Assembly (NCBI GenBank): GCA_022564935.1
Contig: JADFKM010000004.1
Coordinates: forward strand, 1-60,980
Direction: 5' to 3'
DNA length: 60,980 nucleotides
Source of the DNA: Candidatus Dadabacteria bacterium
GTDB lineage: Bacteria > Desulfobacterota_D > UBA1144 > Nemesobacterales > JADFKM01
The first letter of the stretch is position 1, and each line of letters opens with the position of its first letter. The position numbers were made by a program, and so were the translations under genes. A model generated the notes under the pieces. It did not search any database. It had not been told where the DNA came from and saw only the letters and a program-made list of their open reading frames with translations. Shown here one piece after another: positions 1-9,401 of the stretch.

Positions 1-1008
1 GTCATCGTAACCGAAAAACCTGTGTTTAAAGAAGATGTGGCCGCTTACCTCCCCGGCCAGCTCCGCTCCTTCTTCTTTCATTTTACTTTTAATCAGTGAA
101 TGACCCGTTTTCCACATAATGGCTCTGCCGCCCATCCGCTCGATGTCTGCGTAGAGCCTGGTGGAGCTTTTGACCTCCCCAATTACCTTGGCGCCGGGCA
201 CTTGAGGTATGATGTCCCTTGCGAAGATAAGCAGCAGCATGTCGCCCCATATGATGGCGCCGCTCTCGTCCACGACCCCCAGCCTGTCCCCGTCGCCGTC
301 GAACGCAATGCCGAGCTCGCAGCCCTCATCCCTCACCGCTTCGATCAAGTCCTGGAGGTTTTCTTCGCTTCCGGGGTCGGGATGGTGATTCGGGAACGTG
401 CCGTCGGGGGTTGTGTAAAGCTCGGTCAGCTCGCATCCGAAGTCCTTAAAAGTCGTTGGGGCGATTATGCCCGTTGTGGCGTTGCCGCAGTCTATGGCTA
501 CCTTGATGCCGGGCTTTATTTGCAAGTTGTCCTTTAGGAACGATGAATAGGCCCCCGAGATATCCGCTTCCTCAACGCAGCCGCTACCCCGCTCGAACTC
601 CCCGCTCTCGATAATTTCCCGTATACTCTGTATGTCTCTTCCGAAAAGGGACTCGGTTCCCACACACAGTTTCACGCCGTTGTATTCCGCGGGGTTGTGG
701 CTTGCGGTTATCATCGCCCCCCCGTCGACGTCGGTGTTGAACAGCGAGAAGTAGAGCATGGGCGTGGTGACCATTCCGATATCCATGACGTCTACGCCCG
801 TAGAGGTAATGCCCCTGGTCATCGCCCTTGAGAACTCAGGGGAGCTTAATCTGCAGTCCCTGCCTATGGAGGCGCGTTTTTTCCCCTTCCTTGCCATATA
901 CGTGCCGAACGCTCTGCCGAGGAGCTCCACCACTTCTTCATTCAGGTCTTTGCCCACTATGCCCCTGATATCGTATTCCCTGAATATCCGGGGATTGATC
1001 ACATCCAT
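1..1008 (-). CDS. Phosphomannomutase/phosphoglucomutase (3' end outside window)
   Basis: Manual translation MDVINPRIFREYDIRG...; TASHNP phosphoserine loop, YDGDGDR metal loop, GEVSGHIF; absent from ORF track because it runs off the window. Confidence 0.93.
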   Translation of the reverse strand, partial: MDVINPRIFREYDIRGIVGKDLNEEVVELLGRAFGTYMARKGKKRASIGRDCRLSSPEFSRAMTRGITSTGVDVMDIGMVTTPMLYFSLFNTDVDGGAMITASHNPAEYNGVKLCVGTESLFGRDIQSIREIIESGEFERGSGCVEEADISGAYSSFLKDNLQIKPGIKVAIDCGNATTGIIAPTTFKDFGCELTELYTTPDGTFPNHHPDPGSEENLQDLIEAVRDEGCELGIAFDGDGDRLGVVDESGAIIWGDMLLLIFARDIIPQVPGAKVIGEVKSSTRLYADIERMGGRAIMWKTGHSLIKSKMKEEGAELAGEVSGHIFFKHRFFGYDD

Positions 1009-1328
1009 CTGTATTAACCTCCGGGGTTGTATGTGAAATTATAAACGTAAATACCGTGTATTGGGAAAATCGTTCCAATACAGTTTACCTGAGCATCTCA
1101 CGGTGATTGGGGCAAAGGCTGGTTTGGAGAGAGAATTATAGAAATTGTAGCAATGGAGAGATTCATGACAATTCTTGGCCGGGTTAAAGTATTTAGTTTT
1201 GGAGATATAGAGGAGAGATGAGAGAATACAGTAGGTTAACAAAGTGGAACATAGGGGTGTTCGTAGGATTAGTCCCTGCTCCCCTGGATTTACGGACTAA
1301 TGATACTGTGCAGTATTACTTTTGGTGC

Positions 1329-2078
1329 CTACTTCAACTTTTTCATGGCAGCCACGGCTTCTTTGGTAGTCAATACGGAGTTCGCGATGAAGCGGAAGTT
1401 GACCAATGCCGATTGGTATCCGTCCCCTTCGGGCACTATGGCGGCGGCTGTTGCGTCCTTAACCACTAAGACCTCAAAGCCCTGCTCGAGAAGCTCTCTC
1501 AAATGGGATTCGACACAAAGGTTCGCGGACATCCCGGCGAGTATAACCTTGTCTATCTTGCGCTTGCGCAGCTGGAGCACAAGGTCGTTTGTCTCAGGGC
1601 CGTAAACCTTGTGCGGGCTTGTGACGACGGTCTTGCCGTCCTTTATGTACGGTTTGTACAACTCGAGGAAATCGGCTCCAGAGCCGGTAAAGCCTTCGAG
1701 GCTCAGGGGGTCTACGCGGTCGAACATCTTGATGTTGTGCATCAATGCCTCAAGCGCCCCCTCGAACTTCCAGCCGTGGTCGGTGGGAAAGTAGTAGTGG
1801 GGGGAGATGAACACCGGTATACCTTTCTTTTTCGCCGTCTTAAGCAAGGCCTCGATGTTGGCGACCGTGTTGTTCTCGGTCACGCTCTTTCCGACGACTC
1901 CCCATGTAACCCCTTCTGGGCTGAGGAAGTCGTTTTGAGGGTCTGTGACAACGAGCGCGGTGGTTCGGTCGATCACCATGCCGGGATTGGGAAGTTCGGC
2001 CACGGCAATCAGGGCTGAGCCCGCTACAAGGGCTATCACTAAGACACCGGCAATAAAACCGCTCTTAAATAAACGCAT
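1329..2078 (-). CDS. Isochorismatase-family cysteine hydrolase with N-terminal signal peptide
   Basis: VVTDPQNDF, HK, GMSANLCVES catalytic motifs; hydrophobic N-terminus; AGGAG RBS. Confidence 0.88.
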   Translation of the reverse strand: MRLFKSGFIAGVLVIALVAGSALIAVAELPNPGMVIDRTTALVVTDPQNDFLSPEGVTWGVVGKSVTENNTVANIEALLKTAKKKGIPVFISPHYYFPTDHGWKFEGALEALMHNIKMFDRVDPLSLEGFTGSGADFLELYKPYIKDGKTVVTSPHKVYGPETNDLVLQLRKRKIDKVILAGMSANLCVESHLRELLEQGFEVLVVKDATAAAIVPEGDGYQSALVNFRFIANSVLTTKEAVAAMKKLK

Positions 2079-2348
2079 AAAACCTTATCTCCTTAACTTT
2101 GATTTGGATAACTAAACTTATTGTATGACAGTTCTAAAGTCAAATTGGTTTCAAAAATATTTACCAAATCTTCAATACGATTTTCTCAGAACGCCTACCG
2201 CTTGGCTTGCAAAAAAAATCGGAGTTGAATTGTTGCGAAAGGCGGATATAGACGGCCGGTTTGTGTGAACAAAGTGCCGTATTTGTAGAGAGGGTGGGGG
2301 TGGCGGTATGAGGGGTCTTGAAATCCTGAGTTCCAAAGAGTCAGAACC

Positions 2349-2882
2349 TCAGTCTGCATCCTCGGCCTCATCCTGTTTCATTTCCGTGTATGACTCGACT
2401 TCGTTCGCGTAATGAATCGGGTCTTTCTCCCAGCTCATGAATTTGCCGAATATATCTTTCAGTCTCTCCTGTATCACGGGGGAGTCGAACTCCCAGCCGT
2501 GGTCTTCCCGGCTTTGGAAAAACATCTTGTAGAAGAGGTTTTGCTCGATGCTTGTGTCTGTGTCCAGCGCCCATCCGGTGCGGATGTAGGAATAGCCGTT
2601 CGCAAACGCTGCGGCGATCGGGCCGCTTAGGCCCAGCCTCTGCGCGGCCAGTCTCACGAGTCTGCAGTATACGCCCATCGCCTCGAGCGTAGTGTAGCTG
2701 TGCTGCTCGAATGTATCAGAAAAATCTGCAAGGTTTTCTTTGAATTCAGACAGCTCGTCACCGTCGGGGCCGGGGTTGGTCATCAAATAATCCGCATCGA
2801 AGCTCCCTATATCTCCGCAGATTCTGAGCGATTTTCCGATGTTGTTCCATTCCCTCTTTGCCGCTTGAGTAATTACGTCCAT
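2349..2882 (-). CDS. Hypothetical protein (177 aa)
   Basis: Long ORF with GGAG RBS and host-like codon usage; no family recognised. Confidence 0.7.
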   Translation of the reverse strand: MDVITQAAKREWNNIGKSLRICGDIGSFDADYLMTNPGPDGDELSEFKENLADFSDTFEQHSYTTLEAMGVYCRLVRLAAQRLGLSGPIAAAFANGYSYIRTGWALDTDTSIEQNLFYKMFFQSREDHGWEFDSPVIQERLKDIFGKFMSWEKDPIHYANEVESYTEMKQDEAEDAD

Positions 2883-3157
2883 CTGGGCACTCCCGCTCCG
2901 TTTGTTAAGCCAATACCGGTCTGGAGCAATTTATTATTATACCAACAAAGTTTTTACAGAAAAAATCGGGTTTCAGGCCTGACGCTTGTGCCGAGTTATT
3001 CTCCAGACTTTTATCGGTGTATTAGATAGATAATTAGACTCATTGAACTGCCGATTTTTGAGAGCGGATCGCGTGCCGAGGAATGCTTTAAGTTAGGAGG
3101 AGAAGAAAATTATCCGAAGTTAGCAGTAACTGCAAATATTAATGCCGGTTAACGGCG

Positions 3158-3370
3158 CTATTGCCAGGCATTAGCTCGGCGCTCATTCATCTGGTCTCGG
3201 GTGTAGCCGAGGTCGAGAGAAGTAATGGTGACGCCTATGTTGTGGTTGGCAAGAAAGGTGTTTAAAGCATCCACAAAGGTTTCTATCACTCCTACGCACT
3301 TGTGCGCCACAGATTCTCTTTCGGGAAACCTATACTTGTTATTGCACCTGGGACAACTTTTATTTTTCAT
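3158..3370 (-). CDS. Small putative zinc-binding protein (CxxC...HxC)
   Basis: MKNKSCPRC...AHKC; sigma-54-like promoter upstream. Confidence 0.5.
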   Translation of the reverse strand: MKNKSCPRCNNKYRFPERESVAHKCVGVIETFVDALNTFLANHNIGVTITSLDLGYTRDQMNERRANAWQ

Positions 3371-3415
3371 GCCACTATTCTATACTTTTAGTGGCTAAAA
3401 TGTTCACTTTGCCCA
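3350..3415 (-). repeat. Copy 1 of a ~65-bp dispersed repeat with GCCACTA-N11-TAGTGGC inverted repeat
   Basis: Reverse complement aligns to 16759-16822 with a 23-bp identical core ATTTTAGCCACTAAAAGTATAGA. Confidence 0.85.
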
Positions 3416-3450
3416 CCGTATAAATAACCCATTCTCTACTGTATTGTTAG

Positions 3451-3466
3451 TGCAACACTCATGCCA
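3451..3466 (-). promoter_or_regulatory. Sigma-54 (-24/-12) promoter
   Basis: TGGCATGAGTGTTGCA on minus strand, GG-N10-GC spacing. Confidence 0.6.
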
Positions 3467-3706
3467 AAACACTAAGTAATATTAATTATTTGGTGACCCT
3501 AAGCAATTCTACACCCCTTTTTATTTTCCACAAAATAACCGCTCAAAAAAAATTTCCGGGCTCAGCGCTGTGTCCGGATGGGCTTTCCACATAAGTTTTG
3601 GTCCTATGCACTGTAGAATTTAATAATGCTTTGTTCCCTGGTTAGAAACCAAAAGGATCAAAAAAGGACTTGACATCGGCGCTAAATTTGTGCTTATTAA
3701 TTTGTT

Positions 3707-4282
3707 ATGGGCGAAGAAAATCCTTTTGCATCCGAGATTTCAAAGTACATCGATTTGATTAAGGAGAGGGGCCCCCTCACTTTGTGGGAGCTTGCCGTAA
3801 TAGTGGAGACCGAGGCATTCAGAATCAAGGACAGGCTGGAGCCGGTAGTGGAGGAGAAGGAATTGGTGACGTTTGAAGCCGACGGCAGGACTTTCTACAA
3901 TCTGAATGAAATCGGTAGCGGCTCTTCAGGGAACGGCGAAGGCCTCTTTAAGATGAATTTGGATTTTTTCCGCAGAAAACACGCGTTTCAATCCATCCCC
4001 AAGAGAACTGAAGTGAAGACGACAATGGTAGAGAAGTGTTCTTACAAGAAGCTCATTACCGAAGCTTATATATTAACTACCGCTTCCGAGAAATACTCCG
4101 AGGAGCAGCGCATAAAAACAAACCTCGTTGTAGAGAGGGATTTGATAAAGCTCACCACTCTTGAAGAGAAGAAGCTATATCTCGCAGATTTCATTTACGA
4201 AAAGTCCATAGGCAAGAAAAAGAGCTATCTCAAAGACCGGCATCTGCTGGGCGGGCCCGAGGGGTTTGTTCTGGATTCATAA
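3707..4282 (+). CDS. Hypothetical protein, possible N-terminal winged helix
   Basis: 191-aa ORF downstream of TTGACA; N-terminal pattern LIKERGPLTLWELA...LVTFE. Confidence 0.7.
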   Translation: MGEENPFASEISKYIDLIKERGPLTLWELAVIVETEAFRIKDRLEPVVEEKELVTFEADGRTFYNLNEIGSGSSGNGEGLFKMNLDFFRRKHAFQSIPKRTEVKTTMVEKCSYKKLITEAYILTTASEKYSEEQRIKTNLVVERDLIKLTTLEEKKLYLADFIYEKSIGKKKSYLKDRHLLGGPEGFVLDS

Positions 4283-4333
4283 CACCTCGGTTCTGTAGCC
4301 TCTACTTCCAAGCTATATCCCCGAAGGGCGCAT

Positions 4334-4960
4334 TTAGGTCTGGATTTCCAGGGCGGCGTAGCTCTCTCTGTTTTTGATTCTCCCCATCCAGGATATTGCG
4401 CTGGCAAGCGCCGCGTCAACGGCTATTCCCAGGATGTCGAAAAGAGCAATTCTGGGCGTGAGCGCTATATCTGCCAGAGTATAGGCGCCAAGCAGGTATT
4501 GTTTTCCCTCAAGCTCCCTGTCCAGGCGCTCCATGTATTGGGAGAGCTCTGCTTTGGATGTTTCGATCAAACCCGTGTCTCTATCCCCGTTGTTTTTAAG
4601 CAGGAGCTCTCTGTAGATGTTGAACCAGGGGGTGTTGAAGTGGTTGTCCGCGAAATAGCACAGCATCCTCGTCCTTGCCCTCGAGGCGGGTTCGCTGGGC
4701 ATCAGCGGTGGATCGGGGTATTTTTCCTCGAGGTATTCGTTGATAACGGATGACTCGTAGAGCACCGTTTCGCCGTCAACCAGCACGGGCACCTTGCCGT
4801 AGGGGTTCATCTTAATGAAATCCCCCTCTTTCTGCTCCCTTTTTATCAAATCTACTAACACCCTGTCGTACTCAAGCCCCTTTTCGGCAAGAGCGAGCCT
4901 TACTTTTTGGCAGTAAGGACACCGGGGAAAATCATATAATTTCATAACAACCGGCCTCAC
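4334..4960 (-). CDS. Glutathione S-transferase family protein
   Basis: CPYC, NPYGKVPVL, ESSVINEYL, YTLADI motifs. Confidence 0.92.
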   Translation of the reverse strand: MRPVVMKLYDFPRCPYCQKVRLALAEKGLEYDRVLVDLIKREQKEGDFIKMNPYGKVPVLVDGETVLYESSVINEYLEEKYPDPPLMPSEPASRARTRMLCYFADNHFNTPWFNIYRELLLKNNGDRDTGLIETSKAELSQYMERLDRELEGKQYLLGAYTLADIALTPRIALFDILGIAVDAALASAISWMGRIKNRESYAALEIQT

Positions 4961-5097
4961 TAACCCACATTATAACACATCCTTGGGAGCTTCATTAGCG
5001 CTTGTACCTTGATTGCGGCGTTGAATGGGAATAGATTATGGAGTACTATATTTTGCTCAATTATAAAGGAGACTTAAATGTTTAAAGGAGGCACTAC

Positions 5098-5277
5098 ATG
5101 CCGGCCAAGATAATAACCATTAAGGCTAAGACTAAAGGTGCGCTGAAAGGATTGGCAACTAGGCGAATTAGAGAAGCTGCAAATATTGGGCTACAGTATG
5201 TGAAAGAGGGTTATAAAGACTCTAAAGTGCGAAAGGTAAAAGGGGGTTATGAGATCGATATATCGGTTCACTCATAG
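5098..5277 (+). CDS. Small basic hypothetical protein (59 aa, below ORF-track cutoff)
   Basis: AAAGGAGG RBS 6 nt before ATG; MPAKIITIKAKTKGALKGLATRRIREAANIGLQYVKEGYKDSKVRKVKGGYEIDISVHS. Confidence 0.7.
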   Translation: MPAKIITIKAKTKGALKGLATRRIREAANIGLQYVKEGYKDSKVRKVKGGYEIDISVHS

Positions 5278-5362
5278 GGTGCGAGCATGTGGAGATGTAT
5301 AGAGTAGAGGTTCGATTCATCAACGTTTCATTTGACGAAACACTGATTCAGCCGGACGCAAA

Positions 5363-5713
5363 ATGAGCACGCTTGAAACATTTCCCAACAGCCATCAGGA
5401 CAGGGATTATGAGATTGAAATTACCTGTCCCGAGTTTACCTGCGTATGTCCCAGGACGGGGCAGCCCGATTTTGCTACCATATGTATAAAGTATGTGCCC
5501 GATGAGCTGTGCATCGAGCTTAAATCCCTTAAGCTGTATATGTTCTCTTACAGGGATAAGGGGCAGTTTCATGAAAGCGTCACCAACGCCATCCTCGACG
5601 ACATAGTCGCCGCCTGCAGACCCAGGAGGGCCGAAATAGTAGGCGATTTTAACGTAAGGGGCGGCATCAAAACCGTGGTGAGGGCGACGTATTCAAAAAC
5701 TGGTGAACCCTGA
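5363..5713 (+). CDS. queF: NADPH-dependent 7-cyano-7-deazaguanine reductase (type I)
   Basis: [34 protein letters not shown]. Confidence 0.95.
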   Translation: MSTLETFPNSHQDRDYEIEITCPEFTCVCPRTGQPDFATICIKYVPDELCIELKSLKLYMFSYRDKGQFHESVTNAILDDIVAACRPRRAEIVGDFNVRGGIKTVVRATYSKTGEP

Positions 5714-5734
5714 GCGCATCCCTGCTCCTGTGTT

Positions 5735-5815
5735 GCTTTGCACGGGCACGTATTTTAACAAGAACCATTTCGCCGGGTTCCTCGAGCTGACCATACCCCT
5801 GGTGCTTCTTGGCGC
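5735..5815 (+). pseudogene. Fragment resembling an O-antigen ligase (Wzy_C) loop
   Basis: TGTYFNKNHFAGFLELTIPL without the rest of the protein. Confidence 0.55.
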
Positions 5816-5906
5816 CTGCCTTTCTGGACGAAGCGACACAGACAGGGACCATACCCCCGCTCCGTCATTGACAATACAGCGGCTAGAAGGTAAATAAAAG
5901 CTCAGC

Positions 5907-6085
5907 CGGAGGTTCATCGCTCATTATTTATTAGCTGCCGTTAACCGTTTCTTAGACAGAGCAAGCTCCGCAATCAGATGATTGATTGAGCCAAAAACAA
6001 ATTAGTTCCGGTAACCGGAACTGAGCGAACATGTCTTAAGATCCTAGGGTGTGGTGAAGCCCCTATCGAGGTGAATTAAACCTGG
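5907..6085 (+). ncRNA. Candidate structured RNA or 5' leader upstream of ndk
   Basis: Nested complementary segments found by eye plus upstream TTGACA-N17-TAAATA. Confidence 0.3.
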
Positions 6086-6096
6086 AGGTGTAAAAG

Positions 6097-6510
6097 TTGG
6101 AGAGAACGCTGTGCATTGTTAAGCCCGACGGGGTTTCCAAGAACTTGATTGGCGAAGTTGTGGGGAGGTTCGAAAAAGGGGGCTTGAGTGTTGTCGCCCT
6201 CAAAATGCTTCACATGTCAAAAAAAGCGGCCGAAGGTTTCTACGCGGTGCACAGGGAGAGGCCTTTCTTCTCCAGCCTCACGGACTTGATGTCTTCTGGG
6301 CCGTGCGTGGTGATGGTTCTGAAAGGGGAAGGAGCGATATCGAAGGCCAGGGACATTATGGGCGCCACAAACCCCGAGGACGCAGCCCCCGGAACTTTGC
6401 GCAAGGACTTTGCCACCGACGTTGAAAAGAACATCGTTCACGGCTCGGACGCCCCTGAGGCGGCCGCATTTGAGATAAGCTACTTTTTCAGCTCCCTTGA
6501 GCGATTCTAG
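6097..6510 (+). CDS. ndk: Nucleoside diphosphate kinase
   Basis: [29 protein letters not shown]. Confidence 0.97.
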   Translation: MERTLCIVKPDGVSKNLIGEVVGRFEKGGLSVVALKMLHMSKKAAEGFYAVHRERPFFSSLTDLMSSGPCVVMVLKGEGAISKARDIMGATNPEDAAPGTLRKDFATDVEKNIVHGSDAPEAAAFEISYFFSSLERF

Positions 6511-6577
6511 GGAAACGGGTGAGGTTGGCGGCCCGGATTTAGGGGCTTAGTAGATCAATTTTCGGGGATACGGCCGG

Positions 6578-7249
6578 ATGTCTTCTCTAATGGTCAGAAT
6601 TTTCGCCGCATTTTTGATATTTCTCATCATTGTAACGGTTGTGCTGTATCTCCTCAGGCGCCCCGCGCTTACTTACATCGGCGAGTACCTTGTACTCAAG
6701 ACACCCGTGGAGACTGCCGGTGCGATAGCGGTGCTCACGGGCTCGATGCCCCAGAGGGTGCTTGAGGCGGTGAAGCTGTACGAGGCCGGATATGGGAGGG
6801 TGATAATCATAACGAGGGGCGAGGCCTCTGTGGCCGGGTTGGCGCTTGAGAAAAAGGGCATTGATATCGTGAGCGAGGCGGACAACAACGAGATGATTGC
6901 CCGGAAGCTGGGAGTGCCCTCAAGCAACATATCAGTTCTGGAAACAGGGGTGAACAGCACTTACTCCGAGAGTCTGGCGGTGCTCAATTATCTGCGGAGA
7001 AAGGGTATTGATACCATAATAGTCGTTACCTCCAAGACTCACACGAGGAGGGCGGATATTATTTTCAAGCGGGTGTTCGGGGAGTGTGGAGGTGAGAATA
7101 TAAAAATAATGACAGTCCCAACGAGTTACGACGATTTCGACCCTGCGAAGTGGTGGAAGGTCAGGAGCAGCCTAAGAAACGTAGCGCTTGAGTACCAGAA
7201 GCTCGCATATCTCTTTCTGTTTGAGGACAGCGTCTGCTCTAAGCCGTGA
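6578..7249 (+). CDS. YdcF/ElyC (DUF218) family membrane-anchored protein
   Basis: N-terminal TM, SEA, NSTYSES, VVTSKTHTRRA, EYQK. Confidence 0.85.
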   Translation: MSSLMVRIFAAFLIFLIIVTVVLYLLRRPALTYIGEYLVLKTPVETAGAIAVLTGSMPQRVLEAVKLYEAGYGRVIIITRGEASVAGLALEKKGIDIVSEADNNEMIARKLGVPSSNISVLETGVNSTYSESLAVLNYLRRKGIDTIIVVTSKTHTRRADIIFKRVFGECGGENIKIMTVPTSYDDFDPAKWWKVRSSLRNVALEYQKLAYLFLFEDSVCSKP

Positions 7250-7342
7250 GCGCGTGTTGAGAGCCAGCCTTAGGGAATAGGAAGGTCATCAGGAGGTCTA
7301 CTTGACTGGGGGTTGGAATTTGTAAATAATTATTACCCCGGT

Positions 7343-7416
7343 TGGGGGATCGTCTAACGGCAGGACGATGGGCTCTGGTCCCATTAATCTAGGTTCGAAT
7401 CCTAGTCCCCCAGCCA
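7343..7416 (+). tRNA. tRNA-Gln (anticodon CTG)
   Basis: Cloverleaf: TGGGGGA/TCCCCCA acceptor, ATGGG-CTCTGGT-CCCAT anticodon arm, GGTTCGAATCC, encoded CCA. Confidence 0.97.
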
Positions 7417-7713
7417 TTCTTGATAAGTAGTGCAATCTACCATTAAATCAAACGGTTTTTTTAAAGAATATTGAAGGGTTGCACCTTTTAATTCTAAGTT
7501 CGAAAATACAGAGTTTATGAGCTTCCTTTTTTGCTCTATGTTCGAACTTTCAAATAGTTCGTAAGCCTTTGATGCTATTGAAAGTACTGTGTTTACCGTT
7601 ATTTTGAAGTTCTCATCTGCTTTGAGATAATTTTTTAGTTGTTCGTTGATTTGATATTGCCTGTTCTTAAGTTCCTGACATTTTCTTTCATGCTCGTCTG
7701 GAGTAATGCTCTG
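7402..7713 (-). pseudogene. C-terminal remnant of a large serine recombinase/integrase ending inside tRNA-Gln
   Basis: Open frame QSITPDEHERKCQELKNRQ...KAYELFESSNIEQKRKLINSVFSNLELKGATLQYSLKKPFDLMVDCTTYQEWLGD*; no catalytic N-terminus. Confidence 0.75.
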
Positions 7714-9130
7714 AGAAGAGCTGTAATACGCCTATATCCTCCGTCATGGAGGCCTGTTCCTCTTGCTTCAAAAGATTTATCTGATGCTCATATTCATCCT
7801 TGTTGTCCCTGCATGCGCGGTTCCACAGTAAGGCAAAGACAGCTGCAACAGGGGATCTGGTATCCCACAAATTCCTGATAAATCTCTTTAGTAGGAATAA
7901 GTTGCTTCCAGTCAGTTTATAAGCAACCTCCCCCCTCTTCTTATACAGCTCTAGGGGGGTTAGATTCTTGGGCTCCAGGGTCACATAACGCAAATTATAT
8001 TTCTCCCAATCCTCCGGGAAATTAGTATACCTAAGCCGCCCCGCAGCCTTCATATCCGAAAACAGCTTTGTTCCGGGCATGGGGCACGAGATATTAACGT
8101 TTTGAGTGCCTATGCCAACCTCATTTATAAAATCCAAGGTGTCTTTAAAGACATTTTCATCATCACCATCGTTGCCGAAGATAAATGACCCGACCACAGT
8201 TATTCCGTGTCTCTGAGTATTGCGTATATTCTCCGCATAGTCCCCGGGAGTATTAATCCCCTTATTCATATCCTTAATAACCTTCTTGTTTATAGACTCA
8301 AGTCCGAACAAAACGGTTCTACAACCGGCCTTATACATCCACTTCAACACCTCGTCCTCCTGCCCGAGGTTTTGGGTACACTGTGTTCCCCAATACTTCC
8401 TTACCCCCTGCTTGCGGAGCTCATATAGCGCCTTGCACAACTCAATTGCCCGCTCCCTCCCCCTCCTGCCGGAGCCAATAAAGTTGTCATCGGCTACCAT
8501 CACAATCCTCGGTTTTATATTTTTAAACTCCTCCACCACATCCTCAATAGGGCGATACCTCATAGACCTTCCGTTTATCAGCGTGACTGAGCAAAAACTA
8601 CAGTTATAGGGACAGCCCCTCGCGGTTTGAACAATCCCCCAACGATATGCGTCAGTAAACGGATTCTTTATTACCGGAACGATATCCAGATTCGGGACAC
8701 CCCCTTCGTAGACTCTCTGAAGGGAATCGCTCTCGAAGTCCTCTAGTATAGTCGGCCAAATCGATTCCGCTTCGCCCACACATACGCTGTCTCCATAACG
8801 CATGGCTTCCTCGGGCATAATGGAGGGATGTGGGCCGCCCAATATCACAGGAATTCCCCTTCTTCTAAAAACCTCGGCAATACCATAGGCTCTAGGGGCT
8901 TGGTTGGTCCAAAGGCTTATTCCCACCAAGGATACGTTAGACGTATCCATATTGACATCAAACCTATTTCGCGATTCATCCACTATTTCAACATCCCACT
9001 TATCCTTCGGGGTGAGCGCATCTAGAACGAGAAGACCTAATGGCGGAAACGACCCCGTAGTGCTGCTTACGCCTGCTGAGTTTTCCGGGTACGGCTGAAT
9101 AAGAATCATCCTTTTTTTTACGGCTGACAT
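7688..9130 (-). CDS. B12-binding domain radical SAM protein
   Basis: PPLGL, VILGGPHPS, VGEAE, RGCPYNCSFC, DDNF, GLES, PMPGT; GAGGG RBS. Confidence 0.92.
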   Translation of the reverse strand: MSAVKKRMILIQPYPENSAGVSSTTGSFPPLGLLVLDALTPKDKWDVEIVDESRNRFDVNMDTSNVSLVGISLWTNQAPRAYGIAEVFRRRGIPVILGGPHPSIMPEEAMRYGDSVCVGEAESIWPTILEDFESDSLQRVYEGGVPNLDIVPVIKNPFTDAYRWGIVQTARGCPYNCSFCSVTLINGRSMRYRPIEDVVEEFKNIKPRIVMVADDNFIGSGRRGRERAIELCKALYELRKQGVRKYWGTQCTQNLGQEDEVLKWMYKAGCRTVLFGLESINKKVIKDMNKGINTPGDYAENIRNTQRHGITVVGSFIFGNDGDDENVFKDTLDFINEVGIGTQNVNISCPMPGTKLFSDMKAAGRLRYTNFPEDWEKYNLRYVTLEPKNLTPLELYKKRGEVAYKLTGSNLFLLKRFIRNLWDTRSPVAAVFALLWNRACRDNKDEYEHQINLLKQEEQASMTEDIGVLQLFSEHYSRRA

Positions 9131-9243
9131 ATTCCCTCCTTTTTAGGATAACTTAACATATACTGGCAATCGCTATTAATTAATCTCTTTCTATCTTACA
9201 CCTCTCCCCATTAAAACCAAGCAAACGATAAGTAAGAGAGTAT

Positions 9244-9401
9244 CTTGAGCAAGCACAGAATATGGCGGATAATTGGCTAAGGAGTTGCAATGAATAGCGT
9301 CCCCATGAGTCGCTCGGTGGGTTGTCACCCAGCTTGCTCCGAGCAAAAGTAGTGGCCGAAAGTTCTACTTTTGAACTGTCCACTTAAATGGGAAGCTTAC
9401 A
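9244..9401 (+). mobile_element. IS3-family (IS407-group-like) transposase 3' remnant with right terminal inverted repeat
   Basis: NWLRSCNE*RPHESLGGLSP...STFELST* then GGGAAGCTTACA ending in CA. Confidence 0.75.

Noticed and set aside
5300-5345. preQ1 riboswitch upstream of queF (AGAGGTTCG)
   Set aside because: No complementary P1 strand and no A-rich pseudoknot tail.
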